Notes: a model not told the origin generated them from the sequence alone. Shown: positions 12,291 through 26,230, counted from the stretch's first letter. The stretch: 64,000 bases of DNA from Chiloscyllium plagiosum (GCF_004010195.1 NC_057752.1:11379160-11443159), one strand, 5' to 3'. Numbers and translations are program-made.

Positions 12291-12639
12291 CAATGAAGTA
12301 AAAGTCCTTTATATTAAGTGGCAAATGTGATGCAAAATTGACTTAGTGGCTGGAACCAGAGGTTATTACACTTATGGCTCTGTTCTCAACTCCTTGTGTT
12401 TTGTAGTTTTATTCTGAAAGATTTAAACACCAAAGTAGGGGCCATGACGACCAATTTTTGGAAATCTGTAAATTTCTTTACATGGCTGACTGTCTGTGGG
12501 AAAGCTTTAGCCTGTAGAAAGGTAGCGATGGCCTGACCAGTTGGACAGAAAAGTGGAAAATAGGTCTCAATCTTAAAATTGGAGGTGGAAGGAGGCAAGG
12601 CAGCGCAGAATAAATGAGAGATAGTAGAGGAACTGAGCA

Positions 12640-13260
12640 ATCTTGGACTGTGTGCCCACTGATTCTTAATTGTAGCAGGAGAGGTTAAGAGCGTATCAAT
12701 CTTCATAGAGACCAATAAACTAAAAAAACCAAATTTACAGGATATTGGTTAAGCCATTTTTAGAATACTTTGTTCAATTCTGGTGTCCCTGCTATACAAA
12801 GGATGTTAAACTTGAAAGGGTTCGTAAAGATTTACAAGACTGTTGCTGGAATTGCAGGGTTTGAGCGAGAGGAAGATGCTGATTGGCTGGAGCTATTTTC
12901 CCTCGAGCGTCAAAACACGAGGGGCATGAATAGGGTGAATAGACAAGATCTTTTTTCTGGGGTGGGGGAGCCAAAAACTACAGGGCATCAGTTTAAGGTG
13001 AGAGGGGAGAGATTTAAAGGGGCAAGTTTTTCATGCAGAGGGTGGTTTATGTCTGGAACAAGCTGCCAGAGGAAGTGGTGAGGGCTGGTACAATTACAAC
13101 ATTTAAAAAGCATCTGGATGGGTATATGAATATGAAAGGTTTAGAGGGGTATGGGCCAAATACTGGCAAATCGGTCTAGATTAATTTAGGATATCTGGTA
13201 AGCATCAACAAGTTGAGAACCAAAGGGTCTGTTTCCGTACTGTACAACTGTGACTCTGTG
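12640..13260 (+). mobile_element. CR1-type LINE 3' fragment
   Basis: ...GMNRVNRQDLFSGVGEPKTTGHQFKVRGERFK followed by a CR1-type 3' end. Confidence 0.8.
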
Positions 13261-13511
13261 ACCAGACCAATACATGAAACTGAGAAGCAAAATTTAATTT
13301 TTAGTTTGACAATCAAACCAAAGTCAGCATAAATGGGGCATGTAGTGACGGGCAAGTTGTGTTCAATGGGAACTAGAATTTGTGTAAAAAGCTGATTTAA
13401 CAACTCTCGATAACACTGATATACTGTAAGCTCTTCAGCACATGACACCATCTGTAACTCAAGTCCTTCAAATCAGGCTTTCTCAATGGGAGTTAAGCTC
13501 CTTTCCCTCAA

Positions 13512-14301
13512 CAGGAATGAGGCTGAGAGCCTCAGAATAAATGGGGGTGTGGGGCGGTAGGGTTGTGGAGAAGGTAGCTGAGAGTGCAATAGGTGGATGG
13601 AGGTGGGGGTAAAGGCCCCAAAGGAGCCTTCGTCCATCAAAGTTTCACCTGCACTTTCACACGTCATTTGTTGTATCCGTTGCTCCTGATGCGGTCTAAT
13701 CCACATTGGGGAGACTGGATGCCCTCTCGCAGAGCGCTTCAGGGCACGTTTCTGGGACACCTGCACCAATCAACCCCACTGCCCCATGGCCAAACATTTC
13801 AACTCCCCCTCCCACTCTGCTGATGACATGCAGGTCCTGGGCCACCACCACTCCCTCACCACCCAACGCCTGGAGGAAGAATGCCTCATCTGCCTCTGGA
13901 CCCTTCAACTCCACGGCATCAATACGGATTTCACCAGTTTCCTCATTTTCCCCCTCCTTCCAACTTATCCGAGTTCCATTCTTCCAGCTCAGCACTGTCC
14001 TCATGACCTGTCCCACCTGTCAATCTTCCTTCCCATCTATCCGTTTCGCCCTCCTCTCCGACCTATCACCTTTACCCCCACCTCCATCCACCTATTGCTC
14101 GCTCAGCCACATTCTGCCCAGCCCCCCCATCCCTCCCATTTATCTCTCCACCCCCCGAGGCTCCCAGCCTCATTCGTGATGAAGGGCTTTTGCCGTAACG
14201 TTGATTTTCCTGCTTTTTTTGCTGCCTGACCTGCTGTGCTTTTCCAGAAAGACATTAATCTTGACTCCAATCTCCAGCATCTGCAGTACCCACCTCAGCC
14301 T
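13512..14301 (+). mobile_element. Penelope-like element (family A relative) with an inverted 5' segment
   Basis: 13613-14301 encodes GIY-YIG remnants (..AKHFNSPSHSADDMQVLG..RLEEECLI..). 13512-13615 is an inverted copy of its own 3' region (~14070-14180). TTTCCCTCAAC is repeated at both flanks. Confidence 0.8.
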
Positions 14302-14630
14302 AGTTAATTTCCCTCAACGCAAGGCTTGCTTATTAAGCCATATCCAACAACAGATTTAATCCATCAAAGTTTCAGGGATTTGATTGTTGTCAAAAAAGCA
14401 CATTTCTGCAGAACCACCTCTGCTTGATTCACAGATGTCTTCAGGTTTTAATCTTTGGCCAAATAAGTCCTCAGTAGTGAAGCCTGATGACAGTTGGACA
14501 CTTTTCTGTTCGTCCGCCCCAGTCATCTTTCATGTAGCTCTTCATCAGCCACCCCTCTCAGCTATTCACAGCCTTGAAGCAAGCACTTCATTGAAGGCAT
14601 TATAAGGCAAGAATCATACAACCATGTAGT

Positions 14631-15988
14631 AAGACCATAAGACATAGGAGTGGAAGTAAGGCCATTCGGCCCATCGAGTCCACTCCGCCATTCAATCATG
14701 GCTGATGTGCATTTCAGCTCCACTTACCAGCGTTCTCCCCGTAGCCCTTAATTCCTCTAGACAACAAGAATCTATCAATCTCGGCCTTGAAGACATTTAG
14801 CGTCCCGGCTTCCACTGCACTCCGTGGCAATGAATACCACAGGCCCACCACTCTCTGGCTGAAGAAATGCCTCCACATTTCTGTTCTGAAATGACCCCCT
14901 CTAATTCTAAAGCTGTGCCCAAGGATTCTAGAATCCCCACCTAACAGAAACAAAAACCCAGCATCCACCCTTTTCAAGCCATGCATTCTATTGTAAGTTT
15001 GTATTGGATGTCCCCTCAATGTTCTAAACTCTAATGAATACAATCTCAGGATCCTCATCAGTTCATCATATGTTAGGCCTAGCATTTCAGGGGTCATCCG
15101 TTTGAATCTCCACTGGACATGCTCCAGTGCCAGTATGTCCTTCCTGAGGAGTGGGGACCAAATCTGGACACAGTACTCCAAATGGGGCCTAACCAGAGCT
15201 TTATAAAGTCTTAGTAGTACATCTCTGCTGTTATATTCCAACCCTCTTGAGATAAGAGACAACATTGCATTCGCTTTCTTAATCACGGACTCAACCTGCT
15301 CTGAAGAAGAACCTTTTATCCCAACTCTCTGCCTTCTGTTAGACAGCCAATCCTCAGTCCATCCCAGCAGCTCACCTCGAACACCATGGGCCCTCACCTT
15401 GCTCAGCAGCCTCCCGTGTGGCACCTTATCAAAGGTCTTTTGAAAGTCTAGATAGACCACATCCACTGGGTTTCCCTGGTCTAACCTACTTGTTACCTCT
15501 TCAAAAAATTCCAACAGGTTTGTCAGGCATGACCTCCCTTTACTAAATCCATGTTGACTTGTTCTAATCAGACTCTGCTCTTCCAAGAATTTAGAAACCT
15601 CATCCTTAATGATGGATTCTAGAATTTAACCAACAACCGAGGTTAAGCTGATTGGCCTATAATTTTCCATCTTTTGCCTTGATCCTTTCTTGAACAAGGG
15701 GGTTACAAAGCCATCTTCCAATCATCCGGGACCTTTCCTGACTCCAGTGACTCTTGAAAGATCTCAACCAATGCCTCTGCTATTTCCTCAGCCACCTCTC
15801 TCGGAATTCTAGGATGTATCCCATCGGGGCCAGGAGATTTATCAATTTTAAGACTTTTTAACTTTTCTAGCACTCTCTCTTTCGTAATGGCAACCATACT
15901 CAACTCAGCCCCGTGACACCCTTTAATTTTTGGGATATTACTCATGTCTTCCACTGTGAAAACTGACACAAAGTACTTGTTAAGTTCT
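14631..15988 (-). mobile_element. CR1-type LINE ORF2 fragment with an internal RT deletion and intact 3' tail
   Basis: ORF 14714-15586 (QHGFSKGRSCLTNLLEFF...VYLDFQKTFDKVPH...LVRPHLEYCVQ) and 15703-15969 (KSPGPDGIHPR). Short TAAGAC tail repeats at ~14631-14645. Confidence 0.92.
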
Positions 15989-16009
15989 CAAAGTACAGAA
16001 AAACCTTCT

Positions 16010-16665
16010 TTGCCTCTGAGAAAGCAACCCCAGTTAATCCAGCAGTGCCTTTTTATCGTTGAATCGCTCAATCCCAGACAGCATCCTGGTGAATCTCTTC
16101 TGCACCCCCTCCAGTACAGTCTCATCCTTCCCATCGTGTGGGGACCAAAATTGCACACAGTACTCCAGTTGGGGCCTGACCAAAGTTCTGTAGAGCTCCA
16201 ACATAACCTCCTTGCTGTTATAACCTACGCCATGACTAATAAGAAGGCATACAAGATGCTTGCCTTTAACTACCCTATTACCCTGCCCTCCCACCATCAG
16301 GGGTCTGTGGGCAAACACCCCAAGATCCCTCTGTTCCTCAGAGCTTCATAGTGCCTTGCTGTTCATTGAGTAGATCCTTGTCTTGTTCCTTCTTCCAAAG
16401 TGTATCACCTCATTTTTCAGGGTCTAATTATATCTGTGTCTGATCTGTCCAATCGTTTATATCCTCCTGTAACCTAATATCATCATCATCCTTACTGTCA
16501 ACCACCTGGCCAATCTTTGTGTCATCCAAAAACTTGCTATCGTCCCTCACATTTTCATCTCCATCATTAATCAATATCACCAACAATGACAGACCCAACA
16601 CTAATCCATGGTATGCCACTGTACATTGGGCTCCAGTTGCACAAACTGCCTTCTACCACCACCCA
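16010..16665 (-). mobile_element. CR1-type LINE RT fragment
   Basis: LYRTLVRPQLEYCVQFWSP and SKFLDDTKIG motifs. Confidence 0.85.
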
Positions 16666-17337
16666 CTAAGCAAGTGGAGTTATGCAATATGTTACTCTTT
16701 TGGATTATTAAAAATGTTACTTTGGGCATCAGAAATTGAAGTAGGCGGTTAGGGTACATATTCTGGATTGGATGTTTTTATAAATCTGTCATTGTTTTCT
16801 TGCAGTTTAGTGGCAGCATCCTGCATTTTGTTTGATATTTTGAGACTTCAATTGTGATAACTGTTAAATGATTGATCTGTCATCAAAGGCTGTAAGCGGA
16901 TGACTGGAGAAAAGGTTAATTCTCTCTGATTCTATAGGTTGAATGTAAGTAGTGTTCATGGAGGATTAGATATTCTTCTGTAATTTCCATATTTGTATTG
17001 TCTGAAGTCTCAAATTAAGTATGGGTTTATTGCAAGAGACCGCTGAGAAACATGAGGAAAAATTTGTAAGTCCCATATACCAAAGACGTATAATCAAAGG
17101 GAATGTGGAGCATAGATGAACTGCAATACTGCAGGGCTGATGATGCCCTGTACATCTGGTGACACTTGACAGGAAATTGTCGATATCAGCCTCCATCTTC
17201 AGTGTTTATTTCATAATTTTTCCTGTGTATCTTGTGGTTGAATATAAGTGGGAAAAGGCAAATGATGAAGTCTTGTTATTAACAAAAAGATCAATTTAAA
17301 GCTACATCACTCCACTTGGTGTGTTCTTCTGTTTCAG

Positions 17338-17480
17338 TGTACCACGCAATTTATTTTGAAGAATTAACAGCAGTTGAAATGACTGAGAAGATTGCCCAAC
17401 TTTTCAATATTTCTCCTCGTCAAATCCATCAGATCTACAAGCAGGGACCCACTGGTATTCACGTGCTTGTGAGTGATGAG
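17338..17480 (+). CDS. TFCP2: TFCP2 coding exon (V)[47 protein letters not shown]
   Basis: Acceptor ttcttctgtttcag and donor gtaaat. Phase 1 to phase 0, in frame with both neighbours. Contains the CP2-family motif [12 protein letters not shown]. Confidence 0.96.
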
Positions 17481-18046
17481 GTAAATACCTTGTGAATAAA
17501 AATAAAATACTGTGGGTGTTTGAAATCAGAAACAGAATGCTGAAGAAATGCAGCAGGCCTGGAGAGAGAAAATGTTGATGTTTTTGAGTCTGTTATAGCT
17601 CTTCAGAACAAGGATACTCACTTTGAGACCTGTTGAGATTCACTCTGGCCTATTGCTACCTGAATCATAAGTTAATGCTCAGTACTCTGTTCTTGGTTCA
17701 GATAAGCACAAATTGCATGCACTGTCAATAATCTTATGACACCCCCTCGGAAGATGGATGATAAATAATTGAAGATTTATTCAGCATTTGTAGCACCAAG
17801 AAATGAACTGTTTTGTCTTTGTAGGTGAGCATCAGTTCACATTCTTGCTCAAGGTTGATAATCTTTCCTGCAAGATCACAAATATGGATTTGCACATTTC
17901 TTTGTTTGCTGCAAAATATGCACACTGTGGGAGCAAAACGTATCCTGGTTGACCTACTGTCTGGCTTCACAACGACAGTTCTCTGCCAGGGTCTGTTATA
18001 ATCCCACGACCTGTCAGGAAGGATTTCCTGATGATCGAGAAGCTTG

Positions 18047-21000
18047 ATAGAACGTAGAACATCACAGCGCAGTACAGACCCTTCAGCCCTCAATGTTGCA
18101 CTGACCTGTGAAACCAATCTGAAGCCCAGCTATCCTACACTATTCCATTTTCATCCATATGTCTATCCAATGATCATTTAAATGCCCTTAAAAGTTGGTG
18201 AGTCTACTACTGTTGCAGGCAGTGCATTCCACGCCCCCAACTACTGAGTAAAGAATCTACCACTGACATCTGTCCGATATCTATCATCCCTCTATTTGAA
18301 GCTATGTCCTTCTGTGCTAGCTGTCACCATCTGAGGAAAAAGGCCCTATCTAACCCTCTGATTATCTTTTATGTCTCAAATAAGTCACCTTTTAACCACC
18401 TTCTCTCTAATGAAAACAGCCTCAACTCCCTCAGCCTTTCCTCGTAAGACCTTCCCTCCGTACCAGGCAACATCCTAGTAAATCTCCTCTGAACCCTTTC
18501 CAAAGCTTCCACATCCTTCCTATAAAGTGGTGACCAGAACTGTATGCAATACTCCAAGTGTGGCTGCACCAGCGATTTGTACAGCTGCAGTATGACCACG
18601 TGGCTCCAAAACACAATCCCTCTATCAATAAAGCTAACACACTGTACAACTTCTTGCCATCCAGTTTGATAGGGTTGTTAATGTTCAGGGATCTATGTAC
18701 ATGGACACAGAGATCTCTCTGTTCATTTGCACTACCAAGAATCTTACCATTAGTCCAGTACACTCTATTCCTGTTGTTCCGTTCAAAGTGAATCACCTCA
18801 CACTTTTCTGCATTAAATGCCATTCGCCACCTCTCAGCCCAGCTCTGCAGCTTATCTATGTCCCCCTGTAACCTGCAATATCTTTCAGCAATATCCACAA
18901 CTCCACCGACCTTAGTGTCATCCACAAATTTACTAACCCATCCTTCTGCGCCCTCATCCAGGTCATTTGTAAAAATGACAAACAGCAGTGGCCCCAAAAC
19001 TGATCCTTGCAGTACACCACTAGTTACTGAACACCAGGATGAACATTTCCCATCAACCACCATCCTCTGTCTTTCTTCAGTTAGCCAACTTCTGATCCAA
19101 ACTGCTAAATCACCCTCAATCCCATGTCTCTGTATTTTATACAACAGCCTTCTGTGGGGAACTTTATCAAACACCTTACTGAAATCCGTATATACCACGT
19201 CAACCGCTTTACCCTCATCCACCTGTTTGGTCAGCATTCAAAGATCTCAGTAAGGTTTGTGAGGCACAACCTACCCTTAACAAAAGCCATGTTGACTATG
19301 CCTAATCAACCTATTTACCTCTAGATGATAAATCCAATCTTATAACCTTTTCCAGCACTTTACCCACGAAGTAAGGCTCTCAGGTCTATAATTACCAGGG
19401 TTGTCTCTACTCTCCTTGAACAAGGGGACAACATTTGCTATCCTCCAGTCTTCTGGCACTATTCCTGTAGACAATGATGACATAAAGATCAAAGCCAAAG
19501 GCTCGGCAATCTCCCTGGCTTCCCAGAGAATCCTAAAATAAATCCCATCCGGCCCAGGGGATTTATCTATTTTCACACTTTCCAGAATTGCTAACACCTT
19601 GCAAACGTCAATCCCGTCTAGTTTAGTAGCCTGTATCTCAGTATTTTCTTCGACTACATTGTCTTTATCCAGTGTTAATACTGATGAAAAATATTAATTG
19701 AGCGCTTCCCATATCTCCTTGGACTCCACTTACAATTTACTACTACTATCCTTGATTGGCCCTAATCTTTCTCTAGTCATTCTTTTCTTCCTGACATACC
19801 TATAGAAAGCTTTCAATCCTATCTGCCAATGACTTCTCATGTCCCCTCCTGGCTCCTTTAGTTCTCTCTTTAGGTCTTTCCTGACTCACTTGTAACTCTC
19901 AAGCGCCCTAATTGATCCTTCACCTCTCCTCCTCCTAAAATAAGCCGCCTCCTTCCTCTTGAATTGAATTGAATTTATTGTCATGTGTACCGAGGCACAG
20001 TGAAAATCTTTGTCTTGGGAGCAATACAGGCAGATCATGTAGTTAAGTAGCATAGATAAGTAAATAATAGGTAAACAGCGGCAAAAACAAAAACACAGGT
20101 ACAGGCGAATGCTAAGAGTTTGAGTCCATTCAGTATCCTAACAGGAGGGTTGATACTGGCTGGTGCATGTGTATCTTTTCCCCGACGGGAGAGGTTGTAG
20201 AAAAACATTGCCAGGGTGGGATGGATCAGTGCTGGTGACCTTTCCTTGACAGTGGGCCTGGTAGATGGACTCTATAGATGGGAGGTTGGCCTTTGTGATT
20301 GTCCGGGCTGTGATTATTGGCGCACCTATAAAAGTTGGCAAGGGTATTCTCCTTCATGCCAAATTTTTTCAGCTGCCTGAGGAAGAGGAGACATTGGGCC
20401 TTTGTAACCAGTGCGTCCACATGAAGAGTCCAAGGAAGCTTGTTGTTGATGACTGCTCCCAGGAGCTTGACACACTCCAGTCATTCCACCTCTGTGCTGT
20501 TAATGTGGGGGGGGGGGGGGGGGGGGGGGGGGGGTCATGAGTAACATCCTGCCAAAAGTCAATAATGACTTCCTTGGTTTTGCTGGCATTGAGAGCTAGA
20601 TTGTTCCCAGTGCACCGTTTTTCCAGGTCTTCCACAACCCTGGTAATTATAGTCTGTTTCGTCACCATCTGAGATTTGACAGACTATGGTGATGTCATCA
20701 GCGAACTTGTGCATGGCATTATTCTGGTATTTAGCGATGCAGTCACGGGTATACAGTAGAGGGCTGAGTACGCACCACTGGGGTGCTCCAGTGTTGTAAG
20801 TAGCATAGATAAGTAAATAATAGGTAAACAGCGGCAAAAACAAAATCACAGGTACAGGCGAATGCTAAGAGTTTGAGTCCATTCAGTATCCTAACAGGAG
20901 GGTCGATACTGGCTGGTGCATGTGTATCTTTTCCCCGACGGGAGAGGTTGTAGAAAAACATTGCCAGGGAGTGTTAGTGAGGATGAAATATTGTCTGCAG

Positions 21001-22200
21001 TCTTCATTGATTGTGGCCTGTGGGTCAGGAAACTGAGGATCCTGTTGCAGAAAGTGAGGCTTAGTCCAAGATCACTAAGTTTAGTAATCCGTCTCACGGG
21101 GATAATATTATTGAAGGCTGAACTGCAGTCAATGAGTAGGATTCTTACGTAGATGTTCTTGTGTCAAGATGTTCTAGGGAGGAGTGAAGGGCAAGTGATA
21201 TGGCATCTGACGTGGATCTGTTGGTCCAATAGGCAAATTGGAGTGGGTCTAGAGTAGTGGGGAGGCTGGAGTTGATTAATGCCATGACCAGCCTTTCAAA
21301 GCACTTCATGACCACCGAGGTTAGGGCCACTGGGCGGTAGTCATCGAGACATGCTGCATGAGCTGCCTTAGGCACAGAGATGATGTTGGCCCTCTGAAAC
21401 AGGCAGGAGCAGTGGCCTGCTGCAGGGAGAGGTTGCAGATGCCCGAGAAGATCTCTGCCAGTTGATCTGCACATGCTCTGAGTGCATGGACTGGTACTCC
21501 ATCTGGTCCCATCGCTTTCCTTGGATTCACATGAAGGAAAACTGATCTGACCTCAGCAGTGACTGTTGGGATAGGTTCGTCAGGACTTGTCAGAATAGAC
21601 GTTACCTCTCGGCCAAAATTCTGCTTTAAGTGAGCATAGAGGCATTGAGATGATCTGGGAAGGATATGTCATCGTCTGCTATCTTGCACTGTCTCCTTTT
21701 TAGAACCCGTTATGTCATTCAGTCCTTGCCATAGTTGCCAGGTGTCTGTCTGGGTCTCTAGTTTGGATAGGTATTGGTCCTTGGCTGTCTTGACAGCTCT
21801 GCAAAGGTCATACTTGGATTCCTTATATTTGGGTGGGTCTCCTGATCTGAAGGCCTCACACCTGGTTTTTAGCAGGTTCTGAATGACCTGATTCATCCAG
21901 GGTTTCCTGTTGGGTAACACTCGGATTGACTTGCTTGACAAGAGCATCAACTACTTGAGTAAACCAAGGCTTCCTCACTCGACCGCTTCCTCACTCGACC
22001 ACTTCCTCCCTGCTTGATGGGTACATACATATCAAGGACACGCATTAGCTGTTTCTTGAATTAAGGAGACACAGTAGCTGTTGCATTCAAGGCATCCCAG
22101 TTGATCTGATTATCTCATGACCATTCTTAACTTCTTGCCCTGCTACAAGATACTTTGATTGGATCTTGCAAGGCATTACAAATTGAATCCACTTCAAGTA
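18047..22200 (-). mobile_element. CR1-type LINE (18047-~19960, resuming at ~21935-22200) interrupted by a Rex1/Babar element
   Basis: ORF 18431-19237 has RT motifs (VYTDFSKVFDKVPH, SGVLQGSVLGP, SKFVDDTK). The TAGAAC tail is at ~18047-18060. CR1-like sequence resumes after the Rex1 insert, with CTTGA at both junctions. Confidence 0.85.
19960..21935 (-). mobile_element. Rex1/Babar non-LTR retrotransposon, 5'-truncated and degenerate
   Basis: Peptides [62 protein letters not shown] and KFADD. (TTGAA)n 3' tail at ~19960-19976. Confidence 0.9.
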
Positions 22201-22229
22201 TTTCATCACCTCAAAAGTGCTTTAAGGCA

Positions 22230-23340
22230 CAGTTTGTCAACTGAGAGTTGATGAGGGGAGCCAGTGTGGTTTATTTGGACTTTGGGAAAGTCTTCAGCCA
22301 AGTTCACATGAGATCAGCATGTAATATTAAAGTGCATGGGACGAGGGGCAGTGTATTGAGATGGATAGAAAACTGCTTGGCCAACAGGAAACAAAAAGTA
22401 GAGATAACTGGGTCTTTTTCCAAATGGAAAGCAGTGACTACTGGTGTATTGCTCAGTCCCCAGCTGCTACTCAATATTTAGATGACAGAATCAAATATAA
22501 TACCTCCGAATTTTCAGATGACACCAAAGCTGGATTGGGGGGGGGGGGGGAGCTGAGTGGAAGATGCAGAGGTGGTTCAGAGTAATTTGGAGAAGCTGAT
22601 TGAGCAAATACATGGCAGATGAAATTTAATGTGAATAAATGAGGCCATCCACTTTGGTAGCAAAAGCAGGAAGGGAGATTTTTATCTGAAAGGCAATAAA
22701 TTGAGGGGAATGGGAAATCTGTAATGAGACTTTGGTGTCTTACACTGGTTGCTTAGTGTAAATATGCAAGCGCAGCAGATGGTGAAGAAAACAAATGTGA
22801 TGTTTCCCTTCATAGTGAGTGAATTTGAGTACACGAACAGGGATGTCTTGTTGCAGTTGTACAGGGCCTTGGTGAGACCACACCTGGAGTATTGTGTGCT
22901 TATCTGAGGAAGGGTGTTCTGGTGATGGAGGGAGTACAGCGAAGGTTTCCCAGACTGATTCCTGGGATGGCGGGACTGATGTATAAAGACAAACTGGATC
23001 AGTTAGGATTGTATTCATGAGTTTAGGAGAATGAGGGGAGATTTCATAGAAACGTACAAATTTCGAACAGGACTAGACAAGGTCAGCACCGGAAGGATGT
23101 TCCAAATGATCAAGGAGCCCAGAACCAGGCTGTCACAGTCTAAGGGAACAGGGTAGACCATTTAGGACTGAGATGAGGAGAAATGTCCTTAGAGTGTGAG
23201 GGAGCCTGTGGAATTATCTGTTGCCACAGTGGTTGAGGCCAAGACATTGAGCATTTTGAAGAAGGAGTTAGACATAGTTCTTGTGGTTGAAGAGGTCAAA
23301 GGGTATTCAGCCATGATTCTGATGAATAGTGGAGCATTTT
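22230..23340 (+). mobile_element. CR1-type LINE RT/3' fragment (degenerate)
   Basis: VVYLDFGKVF, SEFSDDTK and LYRALVRPHLEYC remnants. Confidence 0.8.
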
Positions 23341-24134
23341 GAATTCTTGTTCAGATTTTGTTCTTGGTGCATCTTCCCTAATTTTCAAAGCCTCTGATCA
23401 CCACTTATTTCCTTTAATTCTTTCTTGCTTTATTCATTTTCCTTTAAGTTTGTACAAGAATTCAATTTCCACTGTGCTAATGCTTTTAGAACTTTGTCTC
23501 AAAGCGCAGTTAATGAAATCTTGACCAGTTACCTGTGCTTCAAAGACCCACCGGGCTGTGGTGACTGAACTACTGATTTCCAACCTAAGAAATTGAGCAA
23601 GAGGAGGCCATGCAATCCCTCAAACCCCTCCACCGTTGGATGCAATCAGGACTGATCATCTTCACTTCATTTCAGTTTGTTGTCCATTGTCCCTAAGCTT
23701 GACTCGCTGGCGGACCAAAAATCTGTTTATTTCAATAATAGATATTTTTGACAGTCTGGTGCATAGGAATACAAAAGTTTGTAGGCCTTTGCAGGAATAT
23801 CTCTTTACTCAAAATTGATTGACCGCCCATCGGAGATTTCTTGTTGTTAGTCGGAAAAACATCGTCTGTCTACTGTGTCAAGTCCTTAAGAATCCAAATG
23901 AATGTTTAAAGGTAACCTGGTTTCTGCCTCAGCACATAAGAGACTCCGTGCGTGCAATATTTTTTTATGAGCCAATTACAGAATATAAGCATTATTTGCA
24001 AGGCCAGCCTTTGTTGTCCGTCGGAGCGACCTGTAATGCCTTTACAATACAAAAATCTAGCAAGAGGTTTTGCAGGAACATTATGAATCCTTTATTGCCA
24101 CGGAGAGCCTCTTCTGAAGTTCTGCAGTCCGTTT

Positions 24135-24830
24135 TAGAGTCATAACGATGTCCAGCACAGAAACAGACCCTTCGGTCCAATTCGTCCATGCCAACCAATC
24201 ATCCTAACCTAATCTAGTCACTTTGCCAGCACTTAGCCCATAGCCCTCTAAACCCTTCCTATTCATGTACCCATCCAGATGCCTCTTAAATGTTGCAATT
24301 GTACCAGCCTCCACCACTTCCTCTGGCAGCTCATTCCATACATATACCACCCACTGTGTGAAAAAGCTGCCCCTCAAGTCCCTTTTATATCTTTCCCCTC
24401 TCACCCTAAACCTATGCCCTCTAGTTCTGGACTCCCCCACCCCAGGGAAAAGACTTTGTCTATTAACCCTATCCATGCCCTTCATGGTTTTATAAATGTG
24501 TGAGGTCACCCCTCAGCCTCCAACGCTCCAGAGAAAACAACCCCAACCTATTCAACCTCTCCCTATATCTCAAACCCTGGCAACATCCTTCTAAATCTTT
24601 CCTGAACCCTTTCAAATTTCACAACATCCTTCCGATAGGAGGGAGACCAGAATCGCACACAATTGTTAGACTACTTTTGGAATAATGTCCTGTATAGCAG
24701 CAAAATGACCTCCCAACTCCTGAACTCGATGCTCTGACCAATAAAGGCAACCAGACTAACTTGCGACTCCACTTTCAAGGAACTATGAACGTGCGCTCCA
24801 ACGTCTTTGTTCTGCAACACTGCCCAGGAT
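24135..24830 (-). mobile_element. CR1-type LINE 3' fragment
   Basis: ORF 24204-24509 (RTRGHRFRVRGERYKRDLRGSFFTQ..WNELPEEVV), close to the copy at 45421-46397. Confidence 0.9.
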
Positions 24831-24859
24831 TAATGCATGTATCTACAGTGTTGTTAAGG

Positions 24860-26230
24860 ATAGAGCTCCAGCAATGAAGGAATGGCAATGTACCTCAACT
24901 GAAATGGTGTCTGGCTTGGAGGAGAACTTGCAGGTGGTGGTGTTCTTCTGTATCTGCTGCTCTTGTCTTTCCAGATGGTAGAGGTTACATGTTTGGAAGG
25001 TGTTGTTGATCGAGCCTTGTTAATTTACTGCAATGCATCTTGTAAATGGTATGCACTGCTGTTACTTTGTATCAGTGGTGAAAAGAGAATTGTTGAAGGA
25101 TGTCAATCAAGTGGGCTGCTTTGTCCTGGATGGTTTCGTGCTTCTTGTGTTGGAGCTGCTCTCATCCAGGCAAGTGGGGAGTATCCCATCGCACTCCTGA
25201 CTTGTGCCTTGTAGATCGATGGTGGGCTGGCTTTGGGAAGTCAGGAGGCGAATTATTGCTGCAAGGTTCCTAGCCTCTGACCTGCTGTTGTAGCCACTTA
25301 ATTTATATAGTCACTAGTGATGGTAATGCCAGCGGATGTTGAGTTTGGATTCTCGACTGTTTGAGCTGGTCATTGCCTGACATTTGTGTGTGGTAAATGT
25401 TAGTTAACAGCCAGTCTGAGTCTGAATGTTGTCCATTTGGTGCATTTGGACACAGTGTCTGAGAATTTATGAATGATGCTGAACATTGTTCAAACACTAG
25501 CAAACGTCCCCGATTCTGACCTTATGATGGAGGGAAGGTAATTGAAGCAGCTGAAGATGGTTGGGCCTAGGACACTATCTTGAGGAACTGTTTAAAAAAA
25601 AAATCAAACAACACCAGGTTATAGTCCAACAGGTTTAATTGGAAGCACTAGCTTTTGGAGCGCTGCTCTTTCATCAGGTGGTTGTCCTGATGAAGGAGCA
25701 GCGCTTTGAAAGCTAGTGCTTCCAAATAAACCTGTTGGACTAAATCTGGTGTTGTGATTTTTAACTTTGTCCACCCCTGTCCAACACCGGCATCTCCAAA
25801 TCCTGAGGAACTCCTGCAAAGATGTCCTGGAGCTGAGATGACTGACCTCCAACAACCACAACCATCTTCCTATGTGTCAGGTATGACTCCGACCAGCGGA
25901 GAGTTTCCCTTCTGATACCCATTGATTCCAGGTTTGCCAGGGCTGCTCAATGCCACACTTGGTCAAATGCAGCCTTGATGTCAAGGGATGTCCCTCTTCC
26001 CTCCCCTCTGGAGTTCAGCTCTTTTGTCCATGTTTGACCCCAGGCTGTAATGAGGTCAGGAGCTGAGTGACCCTGGTGGGACCCAAACTGGGTGTCACTG
26101 AGCAGGGTATTGCTGAGCAGGTGCTGCTTGATAGCACTGTTGGTGACACCTTCCATCACTTTCCTGATGATCGAGAGGAGACCGATGGGGCGGTAATTGG
26201 CCGGGTTGGATTTGTCCTGCTTTCTGTGGG
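24860..26230 (-). mobile_element. Second CR1/L2-group LINE family, RT fragment
   Basis: QFGSHQGHSAPDLIT..TWTKELNSRGE..LDIKAAFDQVWH and SAGVPQ.SVLGP. Same family as 31886-33600. Confidence 0.85.
25590..25803. mobile_element. Family C fold-back element inserted into a LINE RT
   Basis: Inverted arms meet at ~25680-25686. TSD TGAGGAACT (25581-25589 and 25804-25812). Hammerhead core CTGATGA...GAAAGCTA at 25687-25715. Confidence 0.85.

Noticed and set aside
20507..20534. Poly-G run as a functional element
   Set aside because: Simple homopolymer expansion inside the Rex1 copy, and its length may be unreliable.
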